Source: Draconibacterium sp.
Lineage (GTDB): Bacteria > Bacteroidota > Bacteroidia > Bacteroidales > Prolixibacteraceae
Assembly: GCA_050294855.1 (NCBI GenBank)
Contig: JBNKOT010000377.1
Coordinates: 1-62,800 of the forward strand
DNA: 62,800 bases
Direction: 5' to 3'
Shown: piece by piece, positions 10,198 through 19,438 of the stretch
How the letters are laid out: every line of letters begins with the position of its first letter
Numbering within the stretch: position 1 is the first letter of the stretch
The notes under the pieces: generated by a model
Seen by the model: only the letters and a program-made list of their open reading frames with translations
The model's database searches: none
What the model was told of the DNA's origin: nothing
Translations under genes and position numbers: made by a program

Positions 10198-13100
10198 TTA
10201 ATTCTCTTTTAGTTTCTGTAGGTATTCACTCGGGTTCATTCCAAATTCTTCTTTAAAACATTGCCGGAAATAACTGCTGCTGTTGATCCCGATTCGATAC
10301 ATAATTTCTGAAATATTGTATTGGCCGGTTATTAAAAGTTGTTCTGCAAAATTGATCCGAACTTTTCTGATAAATTCATTCGCCGTTAAGTTGGTTAATG
10401 CTTTAATTTTTCGGTAAAGCGTTGAATGGCTCATGTTTAATTGTGCTGCGATATACGAAATATTCATTTCTTCATCTTCCAGATTTTCTTCGATTACGGT
10501 ACTGAGTTTTTTAAGAAATTCTTTGTCTAATTCACCGATTGATTCATTCAGTAAAAGTTGTTTGTCTTTAAATTCGGAAGAGTTGGCCAGCGAATATTTT
10601 TTACGTGCATCGAAAATATTTTTCAAGCGGCTTTTTAATAAATTGCTGCTAAATGGTTTTGTCAGGAAAGAATCGGCACCGGCGTCGTATCCTAATTTCT
10701 GATCGTGTGCGGTATTTCGAGCAGTTAACAACACCACCGGAATATGACTGGTTCTTACATCCTGTTTCATCAGTTTACACATTTCAATACCATCGATTAT
10801 CGGCATCATAATATCGCTGATTACAATATCGGGTATTTCTTTACTTGCTATATCGAAACCAATTTTGCCGTTTTCTGCCGTTATAATTGTAAAGGTATCG
10901 CTTAACGAATCCTGAATGTATTCAATAATTTCCTGATTATCGTCTACCACTAAAATTACATTTTTTGAATTTTCTTCGGTTTCTTCAATCTGAATCTCCT
11001 CCGGAACATAATGAACTGCATCGGGATAACTGTTGTTCGTTAACAGTTTTACTTTAAAAACGGTTCCTTCATTCAGTCCACTTTCAACTTCAATTTCGGC
11101 CTCGTGTAAATCGACCATATTTTTTACCAGTGCCAAACCAATTCCTGTTCCTTTTATCGGATGTGTGGCATGTTTAGCCTGAAAATATCTTTCAAAAATA
11201 CGTGGCAAATCCTTTTCCGAAATTCCATAACCAGTATCCGAAACTGTGATTTCCGTGACGTCAACCGTTTCATCCAGATAATTTTTTATTTCGAGTTTAA
11301 TCGAACCTTCTTTGGTATATTTAAAGGCATTCGAAAGAAGATTGTCGACAATAACGGTGATTACATCCGGATCGAAAAACATTTCAATTTTTTGATTCGG
11401 ATTTTCTAACTTGAAATCGATGCTTTTGTTTTGATTCAGATCTTTGTATTTTTCCCCGATTTCGTAAACGTATTTGGCCACATCGTCTTTGATCACACTG
11501 AGTTTGCGACTTTTGTTTTCCGACTTTCTGAATTCAAGGATTTGATTCACTGATTGAAGCAAGCGATTGGCGACTCGCTGAATCATAAACAGTCGTTTCT
11601 TTTGCTCCGGTTTTAACGAATTTTCTGCGATCAAATCTTCCAAAGGACCTAAAATCAAGGTCATTGGAGTCCGTAATTCATGCGTAATGTTAGTAAAGAA
11701 TTTTAGTTTTTCTTCATTTAAATCATGTTCTTGTTGACGTTGCTTTTTTTCCAAAAGCAGGTCGCTTTCAACTTTTAATTTATTCGTAAAGAAGCGAAGA
11801 ATGTAAATTATGAGGATGACTGAAATGGAAAAATAAATCAATTTCATCCACCAGGTGAGCCATATCGGAGGCTCAATTCTGATGGTCAAAGCTGAAACTT
11901 GTTCCGACCATTCGTTGTTTTGAATTCTTGTTTTCAGGTTAAAAATATAACTACCGGGTTTTAGGTTTCGGAAAGTAACTTCGTTTCCGGTATTCGCCAA
12001 AAACCATCCTTTATCGAGTCCTTCCATTTGGTAGATAAACTCCATTTTATTCGAAAGCGAATAATCGAGCACATTAAAATTGATCTGGAATGAATTCTGA
12101 AAATGTTTCAATTCAATTTTATTGTGAAAGGGGATATCGGTAAACTGGTTTAAATAATTCCGGTTGTTAGCGACCAGGAATCCGGTAAAAGCAGGCTTTG
12201 GTGTAATAGTGGTTGCCTGTTCCATAATTTCGTTAAACAGGGTTATTCCATTTTGTGATCCTAAATAGATTTTGCCATCCACAGTTTTTCCCACCGAACC
12301 GTTAAGGTAATCGCCCAATGCAATGTTATCGGTAGCATCGAAATTGCTGATGTGCATGGTATTCAGGTCGATGTAACTAATTGCGTTTGTTGTGCTTAGC
12401 CAAATGTTGTCGGCAGATTTACCTTCGATAATTGCCCGAACAGAAGTTTCCGCCAAACCGGAATTTTTGCCAATTCGAACTACTTCGTTATTGGTATAAT
12501 CTTTAAATAAAAAAAGGTCGTTCTGGCTTCCAACCCACATTCTGTTTCGGGAGTCTTTGTAAATTGAGTTTATCGAATAAAAAGCAAAACTCCTTCCAAT
12601 GTCGTAAAGCAATCTGAAATTTTTGTCGTATACGCAAAGTCCTCCACCAAGTGCTCCAACCCAGATATTTCCATTTCCGTCTTCGGCAACTGTCCTCACA
12701 TTATCGTCCATCAACTCCGAGTTTTGGGTGGTAAAAACCTTTGGTGTTTTGCTTTGCAGATTATAAACGTACAAACCGATATCCGTGCAAAACCACAGGT
12801 TTTTTTCCGAATCTTCGAAGAATTTATAGATTGGAATGTTGTTTAAATTTTCGAAGCCGGTGATTTGGTGATAACTTTTTGTTTGCTGATTGTACTGAAA
12901 TATTCGGCCATCATCAGATCCTATCCAAATGTTATCTTCGTGATCTTTATAAATGCATAAAACATTTAGTGGTTTCGGATCGTTGCCGATGGTTTTAAAT
13001 TCATCTATTTTTATGTCGTTTTGGTAAATACAAATTCCACCCGATCCGTTTGCAACCCAAATGTTGTTTTTATGATCGACACACATTCCGGGCACCGAAT

Positions 13101-14241
13101 TTGCATTGAGACTGTTTGTATTTCCAATCAGTGGCAGGTATTCTATTGTATTAAAAAACGGCTCTTTTTCGGGAATAAAATTCAGGCCTCCTCCATATCC
13201 GCCAACCCAAATATTTCCAAACGAATCCTGAAAAACAATTTGTGCCGATGAACTCGATAATCCGGCAGAAGTAACGGCTTCAGGAACCGATTTAAAGGGA
13301 ATTGTTAGTGGATCTATTTTGTCAGATAAATCGTTCATGTTTAAAATGTTAACACCTCCTCCTTCAGTTCCGATCCATATTTCTGAACTTTTTGTCTCAA
13401 TAATACTCTCGATGAAATTATGGGATAATGAATTTGGGTTTTCCGGGCTATGTTTGAAATTTGTAAAACGTTGAGTTTCCGGATCAAAAAGTGCTAATCC
13501 GTTTCGTGTTCCCACCCAAATACGTTTTTGAGAATCTTTAAAAATGCAGGTAACCGTGTTGTCGGGTAGCGAGTTGGGATCATCTTCACGGTGTTTAAAG
13601 TTAAGCGCTGTTTTTTTGTTGAGATCGATAATACTTAAACCGTCGGTAACATGTCCGACGTATATTTGGCTTTCCGTATCGGGCATCACGTACCAGTTAA
13701 AATTCGATACTAATCCTTTTATATTGGATTTGTTGTAGTGGGTAAATTGTCCGGTCTTTTTATCAAAAAAATCGATGCCCGCCATGTATGTTGCAAGCCA
13801 TAAATTCCCTTTTCCGTCTCCGGTGATGTGGGTAACTCCGTTGGCCGCTATACTGTTGTTGTTCTGATCTCTAAAATCGTGTTCGTAGTGCGTGAAAATT
13901 CGCGTTTTGTAATTGTAAGCATCGACACCATTTTTTTCGGTGGCAATCCAAACAATATCATTAAACCGATCGGCATAAACACAATTTAAAACATTGCTGC
14001 AAATCGAATTTTCGTTGGTATCCGATTTTCGGAAGATGGTAAAAGAATTGGTATCGAACCGATTTAATCCATCTTTGGTCGCAATCCAAATAAATCCATC
14101 CCGGTCTTGTGTAATGCTGATTACGTTATTATTTGACAAGCCACTTTCAATACCAATCTTTTCGATTTTAATTGCTTTTGCGGGAATCGAAAATCCTACG
14201 ATAAAAAAGAAAAGCGGAATTATATATTTAATCATTTGCAT
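10198..14241 (-). CDS. Hybrid two-component system HTCS-2
   Basis: Same domain order as HTCS-1; H-box FFTNITHELRTPM, receiver SDIMMPIIDG. Start placed at ATG 14241 (or 14235) rather than TTG 14271, because a -7-like TAGATTTA lies at 14282-14275. Confidence 0.95.
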   Translation of the reverse strand: MQMIKYIIPLFFFIVGFSIPAKAIKIEKIGIESGLSNNNVISITQDRDGFIWIATKDGLNRFDTNSFTIFRKSDTNENSICSNVLNCVYADRFNDIVWIATEKNGVDAYNYKTRIFTHYEHDFRDQNNNSIAANGVTHITGDGKGNLWLATYMAGIDFFDKKTGQFTHYNKSNIKGLVSNFNWYVMPDTESQIYVGHVTDGLSIIDLNKKTALNFKHREDDPNSLPDNTVTCIFKDSQKRIWVGTRNGLALFDPETQRFTNFKHSPENPNSLSHNFIESIIETKSSEIWIGTEGGGVNILNMNDLSDKIDPLTIPFKSVPEAVTSAGLSSSSAQIVFQDSFGNIWVGGYGGGLNFIPEKEPFFNTIEYLPLIGNTNSLNANSVPGMCVDHKNNIWVANGSGGICIYQNDIKIDEFKTIGNDPKPLNVLCIYKDHEDNIWIGSDDGRIFQYNQQTKSYHQITGFENLNNIPIYKFFEDSEKNLWFCTDIGLYVYNLQSKTPKVFTTQNSELMDDNVRTVAEDGNGNIWVGALGGGLCVYDKNFRLLYDIGRSFAFYSINSIYKDSRNRMWVGSQNDLFLFKDYTNNEVVRIGKNSGLAETSVRAIIEGKSADNIWLSTTNAISYIDLNTMHISNFDATDNIALGDYLNGSVGKTVDGKIYLGSQNGITLFNEIMEQATTITPKPAFTGFLVANNRNYLNQFTDIPFHNKIELKHFQNSFQINFNVLDYSLSNKMEFIYQMEGLDKGWFLANTGNEVTFRNLKPGSYIFNLKTRIQNNEWSEQVSALTIRIEPPIWLTWWMKLIYFSISVILIIYILRFFTNKLKVESDLLLEKKQRQQEHDLNEEKLKFFTNITHELRTPMTLILGPLEDLIAENSLKPEQKKRLFMIQRVANRLLQSVNQILEFRKSENKSRKLSVIKDDVAKYVYEIGEKYKDLNQNKSIDFKLENPNQKIEMFFDPDVITVIVDNLLSNAFKYTKEGSIKLEIKNYLDETVDVTEITVSDTGYGISEKDLPRIFERYFQAKHATHPIKGTGIGLALVKNMVDLHEAEIEVESGLNEGTVFKVKLLTNNSYPDAVHYVPEEIQIEETEENSKNVILVVDDNQEIIEYIQDSLSDTFTIITAENGKIGFDIASKEIPDIVISDIMMPIIDGIEMCKLMKQDVRTSHIPVVLLTARNTAHDQKLGYDAGADSFLTKPFSSNLLKSRLKNIFDARKKYSLANSSEFKDKQLLLNESIGELDKEFLKKLSTVIEENLEDEEMNISYIAAQLNMSHSTLYRKIKALTNLTANEFIRKVRINFAEQLLITGQYNISEIMYRIGINSSSYFRQCFKEEFGMNPSEYLQKLKEN
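10207..10878. repeat. Receiver-half plus AraC output module, copy 2
   Basis: Paralogous to 5792..6463; boundary sequence aaaccaatttt(a/g)ccgttttctgc is shared. Confidence 0.9.
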
Positions 14242-14331
14242 GTAAACTGTTTTTCCTCCGAATATTTTCAACTGTAAATCTAAGGAAAAACTTGATATAG
14301 ATTTTTATTGAAATAGGTTGTATTCCTTATG

Positions 14332-14399
14332 TTGACTGATTTCTGACAGGCGAATGACGATTCTGTGCGTTTTAAATAAACCTGATCTGATTAAATTTA
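14332..14399 (+). promoter_or_regulatory. Tandem putative HTCS operator plus -7 element
   Basis: TTGACTGATTTCTGACA (14332) and ATGACGATTCTGTGCGT (14354), 22-bp period, TGAC at 14333/14344/14355; TAAATTTA 21 bp later (14392); a perfect TAATTTTG also at 14408. Confidence 0.6.
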
Positions 14400-14572
14400 T
14401 GCAAATCTAATTTTGCCCTGGAGAAAAATCAAACCCATATCTTGAAAATACTTAAATACTTGAGATAGAATTATTTAAACCGCAGGAGATGTGCTGACAT
14501 CAAGTTTAAGTTGGATTTTGTAAGCAAAATAAATTCTGTCGTTTGAAAGAATAAGTTACCGAAAGTGCACGA

Positions 14573-15109
14573 ATGTTGGATCGAATAAAAATATTAATTT
14601 TCCTGTTGATTATTCCTGTAATAGTTGATTGTAACCGGAAACCTGACAATAGTGTTAGAAAACAATTGTTCGATCTGAACTGGAAATTTACTCTGGAAAA
14701 TAATCAATTGGCTTATCAGGTTGATTTTAACGACCGTTCGTGGAGAAACATCGATCTTCCGCATGATTGGAGTCTGGATGCGGATCTGTTAAAATTGTCC
14801 TCCGAAAACCCGGGGGATTCAATCTCGTGCTGGTACCGGAAACATTTTATCATTCCCGAAAATTGGAATAGTAAAAATATCCAAATCGATTTTGAAGGAT
14901 TAAACGATAATTATAAAATTTATGTGAATGGAATCCCGGTCGATGGTGCGGTTGAAGGAGGTACTTCTTTTCAAACCCATCTGAATCCGTACCTGAATTC
15001 CAATGGGAAAAATGTGATTGCAGTTCGCGTTACCATTCCTTATCAATCCAACAAAACCAAACAAAATGAAATAGGAATATACAAGCATGTTTGGCTTGTA
15101 ATATCTTGA
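14573..15109 (+). CDS. Stand-alone GH2 N-terminal sugar-binding (galactose-binding-like) domain, possible lipoprotein
   Basis: NWKF, WRNIDLPHDWS, WYRKHF, IDFEG, VNG, NVIAVRV, GIYKHVWL then stop; no TIM barrel; hydrophobic N-terminus followed by Cys. Confidence 0.75.
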   Translation: MLDRIKILIFLLIIPVIVDCNRKPDNSVRKQLFDLNWKFTLENNQLAYQVDFNDRSWRNIDLPHDWSLDADLLKLSSENPGDSISCWYRKHFIIPENWNSKNIQIDFEGLNDNYKIYVNGIPVDGAVEGGTSFQTHLNPYLNSNGKNVIAVRVTIPYQSNKTKQNEIGIYKHVWLVIS

Positions 15110-15164
15110 AACTTACCACCTAAAAATTATTGCTTCATTTGCTTGCAGACTTTCTAATCCTTGA

Positions 15165-15210
15165 TTGACGAGTTTGTACCAAAGGAAATCATTCATTCGC
15201 CTTACTTTTG
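15165..15210 (+). promoter_or_regulatory. Putative HTCS operator plus -7 promoter of the GH51/GH27/GH51/GH2/GH43 operon
   Basis: TTGACGAGTTTGTACCA (15165-15181), 21-bp gap, TACTTTTG (15203-15210, perfect TAnnTTTG). Confidence 0.65.
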
Positions 15211-15337
15211 TGTGAAGGGATTTGTTTGACCGATAAATTGTTACAAACATCAATCGGATTTCAATTTCCCGGAAATGAACCAATATTGAACATAAAACTG
15301 TTATTAACAAATTATTATACCTCACGTAAAAGCGACC

Positions 15338-18022
15338 ATGATAAAAAACCGAACAATCCAACTCATTGCTATTTTAAGCGCAATCTTGCTTTTTTCATCG
15401 ATGCATTTGGCCGCACAACCTTATTTTACACTCGATGTAAACAAAAAAGGAGTTGAAATAAGTCCGAGTCATTATGGTGTGTTTTTCGAAGATATAAACC
15501 GGGCTGCCGATGGCGGGCTTTATGCCGAACAAATTCGGAACCGTTCTTTCGAAGAAGCCGAAAACCCTGATTTTTGGGGTTTACTTAATGTTTCTGGTGC
15601 GGTTGCAACCATGTCGATTGAAACCAATGAACTTTTAAATCAAACACAAAAAAGGGCTTTACGAATAGATATCTCTGAAATGCCTGAAAATGCTTCGAAA
15701 TCAAAATTAACAAACCGGGGTTATTGGAGTAATAACTTTCAAAAAGGCCAAACATATAAATTAAGTTTTTTTGCCAAATGCGATACCGTATTCGACGGAG
15801 AAATTAGTGTTTCGCTCGACGACAGTTCGTACCAGGAATTGGCAAGCGCCAAAATATCAGGCATTTCGCAGGAATGGGAAAAATATACCTGTGAATTGAT
15901 TCCCAACGATGATACAAAAACCGGAATATTTACGATGTCGTTTGCTTCAAGCGGAAAAGTTTGGCTCGATGTGGTTTCTTTGTTTCCGCCAACATTTAAA
16001 AATCGTGAAAACGGGTTACGACTCGATTTGGCACAATTGGTTGCCGATATGAATCCAAAGTTTTTCCGTTTTCCCGGTGGCTGTTTTGTTGAAGGAGATG
16101 TACTGGCCAATCGCTTTCAATGGAAAAAATCAATTGGTAATATCGAAGATCGTCCCGGACATTGGAATCTTTGGGGCTACCTCACCACCGATGGAATGGG
16201 TTATCATGAGTATCTTCAGTTTAGTGAAGATTTGGGAGCAGAGCCGATGTTTGTTGCAAATATTGGTGTGGCGCACGACGATTTTGTTCCCTACAACGAA
16301 ATTAACTGGTACATTCAGGATGCATTGGATGCCATCGAATATGCCAACGGAGACGTAAGCACAAAATATGGCGCGCTTCGGGCGGCAGCTGGTCATCCTG
16401 AACCGTTTAACCTGAAATACCTGGAAATCGGGAATGAAAATTTTTACAACGATCACTATGGCGAAAGATACATTCAGTTTTACAATGCCATCAAGGCAAA
16501 ATATCCTGAAATTGTGTGCATCGGTAATGTTGCCGCCTGGGGAACCGACAACCCCGACTGGCCGTTTAATTCTCCGGTCGATTTGGTTGATGAACATTAT
16601 TATCGGAATCCACAGTGGTTTATCGATCAGTATAATAAATACGATTCATACAGCAGAACAGGGCCAAAAATTTATGTGGGTGAATATGCTGTAACTCAGG
16701 ATGCCGGATTGGGAAATTTGTGGGCAGCGCTTGGAGAAGCGGTTTACATGTGTGGCATGGAAAAAAATTCTGACATTGTTCCGCTTAATTCTTATGCTCC
16801 GATGTTTGTGAATGTGAATAACCGGACCTGGAATCCGGACATGATTAACTTTAATACTTCTGACGTTTATGGCACGCCGTCGTATTATGTGCAGCAAATG
16901 TTTGCCAGTAATATTGGCACGGTCAACCTACAGGTTGAAGATTCACTAAACCGGATTGTTGCCGGTGTAAAAGGTGCAGTCGGAGTAGGATCATGGTCAA
17001 CCCGAGTTGAGTACGATAATGTTAAAGTCGTAAATGCAGAAGGTAAAACTGTAATAGACGATTCTTTTGATGATGCGAAGGCCTGGAACTCGACCAATGG
17101 AACATGGTCTGTGACGAACGGGATTTATTCGCAGTCGTCGCTCGAAACAGATTGCAGATCGGTAACAACCAGTATTTCCGATACTGCTTATACTTATTCG
17201 CTCCGTGCCAGAAAAACAAGCGGTTCCGAAGGATTTCTGATTGTTTTTGCCTACCAGAATTCAGACAATTTCTATTGGTGGAATTTGGGTGGTTGGGGCA
17301 ACACCAGGCACGCTGTAGAAAAAGCAATGGGAGGTTCAAAAACTACTTTAACCGAGGTGGCAGGCAGCATTCAATCCAATGTGTGGTACGATATCAAAAT
17401 TCAGGTAACCGGGAAACGGGTGTTTTTGTATCTGAACGATCAACTCATCCAGTGGTTCGATGTTCCTGAAGATCGGTTTTTATATACTTCAGCAACTTTG
17501 GATGAGCAAAAAGAGCTGGTTTATTTTAAAGTCGTTAACCCTTCAGATCAGGATATTCAAACCACTTTTAATTTAGAACGACTGAATATAAACGAAGTAA
17601 ATGGAGAGCTTATCGTTTTGAGCTCATCATCAAAATGGGATGAAAATTCGTTAGGTTCTCCTCAGAAGGTAGCTCCCATTACAGAAAGTATTGTTGCTGA
17701 ACCTGTTGTGTACAGTCCAACAATCAAGGCAAATTCGGTAAATATTTTCAAAATTAAAACATCGAATACAACCGGAATAAATCAGATAAACGATAAATCA
17801 AATCACAATTTTATTATTACTCCAAATCCTGCATCAGAAAAACTTTTTTTGCCTTATAACGACAGTAAAAGGTTTACCTTGCAAATCACAAATTTATCTG
17901 GTATACAAATACTAAAGCAAGATATTGAAAACGGCGGTTCTATCGACGTTTCAGACTTCAAGTCGGGAGTTTATATCGCTTATGCTGAAGGACTGGGAAT
18001 GCAAAAATTTGTCAAATACTAA
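15338..18022 (+). CDS. GH51 alpha-L-arabinofuranosidase with N-terminal CBM4/9-like domain, inserted ConA/LamG-like domain and T9SS C-terminal domain
   Basis: FFEDINRAADGGLYAE, RFPGGCFVEG, EIGNEN, DEHYY, YVGEYA, YAPMF; C-terminal ITPNPA...SDFKSGVYI...QKFVKY. Confidence 0.9.
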   Translation: MIKNRTIQLIAILSAILLFSSMHLAAQPYFTLDVNKKGVEISPSHYGVFFEDINRAADGGLYAEQIRNRSFEEAENPDFWGLLNVSGAVATMSIETNELLNQTQKRALRIDISEMPENASKSKLTNRGYWSNNFQKGQTYKLSFFAKCDTVFDGEISVSLDDSSYQELASAKISGISQEWEKYTCELIPNDDTKTGIFTMSFASSGKVWLDVVSLFPPTFKNRENGLRLDLAQLVADMNPKFFRFPGGCFVEGDVLANRFQWKKSIGNIEDRPGHWNLWGYLTTDGMGYHEYLQFSEDLGAEPMFVANIGVAHDDFVPYNEINWYIQDALDAIEYANGDVSTKYGALRAAAGHPEPFNLKYLEIGNENFYNDHYGERYIQFYNAIKAKYPEIVCIGNVAAWGTDNPDWPFNSPVDLVDEHYYRNPQWFIDQYNKYDSYSRTGPKIYVGEYAVTQDAGLGNLWAALGEAVYMCGMEKNSDIVPLNSYAPMFVNVNNRTWNPDMINFNTSDVYGTPSYYVQQMFASNIGTVNLQVEDSLNRIVAGVKGAVGVGSWSTRVEYDNVKVVNAEGKTVIDDSFDDAKAWNSTNGTWSVTNGIYSQSSLETDCRSVTTSISDTAYTYSLRARKTSGSEGFLIVFAYQNSDNFYWWNLGGWGNTRHAVEKAMGGSKTTLTEVAGSIQSNVWYDIKIQVTGKRVFLYLNDQLIQWFDVPEDRFLYTSATLDEQKELVYFKVVNPSDQDIQTTFNLERLNINEVNGELIVLSSSSKWDENSLGSPQKVAPITESIVAEPVVYSPTIKANSVNIFKIKTSNTTGINQINDKSNHNFIITPNPASEKLFLPYNDSKRFTLQITNLSGIQILKQDIENGGSIDVSDFKSGVYIAYAEGLGMQKFVKY

Positions 18023-18044
18023 CTGATCTATTAAAATTAAACTT

Positions 18045-19436
18045 ATGAATCGTTTTTCATTTTTATCGCAAATAAATCAAATAGTAGTACTGGCTTTGGT
18101 ACTAATAATTATGTCCTGTTCAAGTCCGAAAAAACCTGAAGTATTTGCAAAAGGCGAATTTAAAACCTGGGCAAAAACTCCCCCAATGGGATGGAATAGT
18201 TGGGATTGTTACGGCCCGACAGTAGAAGAGCACGAGGTAAAAGCCAATGCCGATTATATGGCCGCGCAGCTGAAAAAATACGGATGGGAATACATTGTTG
18301 TAGACATCCGCTGGTTTGTTGAAAACGACAAAGCCGGAGGTTATAATCAAACCGATCCACGTTATGTTATCGATGAATACGGACGCTACCAACCTGCAGT
18401 TAACCGCTTCCCTTCGGCAAAAGATGGAAAAGGGTTTAAAGAACTGGCAGAATATGTTCACGGCAAAGGATTAAAATTTGGAATTCATATTATGCGTGGT
18501 ATCCCAAAAGTTGCGGTTGAAAACAGGTTACCAATTTTGGGAACCGATGGAATTACTGCCGATCAGATTTATTCAACCGAATTGCAATGTCCGTGGTTGC
18601 GCGATAATTATACAATTGTTGCCGACAAACCCGGAGCGCAGGAATATTATAATTCCATTTTCGATATGTATGCCGGATGGGGAGTTGACTTTATAAAAAT
18701 TGATGACCTCTCACGTCCGTATCATCAGGCAGAAATTGAATTAATAAGAAATGCAATCGATCAGTGCGGGCGGCCAATCGTATTAAGTACTTCACCGGGT
18801 GCAACGCCAATAGAAGCAGCCGGGCACGTAAAAGATCATGCCAATATGTGGCGAATGGTGGATGATGTTTGGGATACCTGGCACCACTTTACCCATTTGA
18901 TTGGTGTTGCACAACAATGGTATCAGCACATTGCTCCCGGAACGTGGCCCGACTGTGATATGATTCCACTGGGAAGAATATCGATACGCGGAGAAAGGGG
19001 TAAAGAACGCATGACTCGCCTGACCAAAGATGAACAATTCTCTTTGATGACTTTGTTCACCGTTTTTAAATCTCCGCTGATGTTTGGTGGCGATTTACCA
19101 AGCAACGATGATTTTACATTAAACTTATTGACAAACGAAGATGTGCTAAAAATGCACCGGGAAAGTACCGAAGTTCGCCAGCTTTACCAGGAAGATAGAA
19201 AAGTGGCCATTACATCACGAAATCCGGATACCGGCGAAATCTACCTCGCACTCTTTAATATTTCAGATCAAGAAGAACCACTGAAGGTTGGAGTAGAATT
19301 GGCCGACCTTGGAATTGACGGAAAATGTACCATCAAAAATAGTTGGACAGGAGAAAATCTGGGGAGTTTCGAAAGGAATTTCAGTACGAGTTTGAAGGCA
19401 CACAGTAGTGGATTATTTATAATTAAAGCAAACTAG
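18045..19436 (+). CDS. GH27 glycosidase, probable beta-L-arabinopyranosidase, lipoprotein
   Basis: TPPMGWNSW, VVDIRW, GLKFGIH, WGVDFIKID, MWRMVDD, WPDCDM; lipobox IMSC; Ile at the second Asp position of the alpha-galactosidase DDxW motif. Confidence 0.85.
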   Translation: MNRFSFLSQINQIVVLALVLIIMSCSSPKKPEVFAKGEFKTWAKTPPMGWNSWDCYGPTVEEHEVKANADYMAAQLKKYGWEYIVVDIRWFVENDKAGGYNQTDPRYVIDEYGRYQPAVNRFPSAKDGKGFKELAEYVHGKGLKFGIHIMRGIPKVAVENRLPILGTDGITADQIYSTELQCPWLRDNYTIVADKPGAQEYYNSIFDMYAGWGVDFIKIDDLSRPYHQAEIELIRNAIDQCGRPIVLSTSPGATPIEAAGHVKDHANMWRMVDDVWDTWHHFTHLIGVAQQWYQHIAPGTWPDCDMIPLGRISIRGERGKERMTRLTKDEQFSLMTLFTVFKSPLMFGGDLPSNDDFTLNLLTNEDVLKMHRESTEVRQLYQEDRKVAITSRNPDTGEIYLALFNISDQEEPLKVGVELADLGIDGKCTIKNSWTGENLGSFERNFSTSLKAHSSGLFIIKAN

Positions 19437-19438
19437 AA

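Noticed and set aside
5792-10485. HTCS repeat as a diversity-generating retroelement TR/VR pair, shufflon or assembly duplicate
   Set aside because: Differences are mostly synonymous and not adenine-specific; no reverse transcriptase or recombinase in the window; too many silent changes for a mis-assembly
6018-10702. Similar short antisense ORFs 6018..6254 and 10433..10702 (MFNCAA.YEIFISSSSRF...)
   Set aside because: Their similarity is a by-product of the duplicated HTCS output module on the opposite strand
15113-15456. ORFs 15113..15361 (-) and 15208..15456 (+)
   Set aside because: They overlap the operator/promoter and the GH51 start; no homology cues and not a continuation of the GH2 fragment
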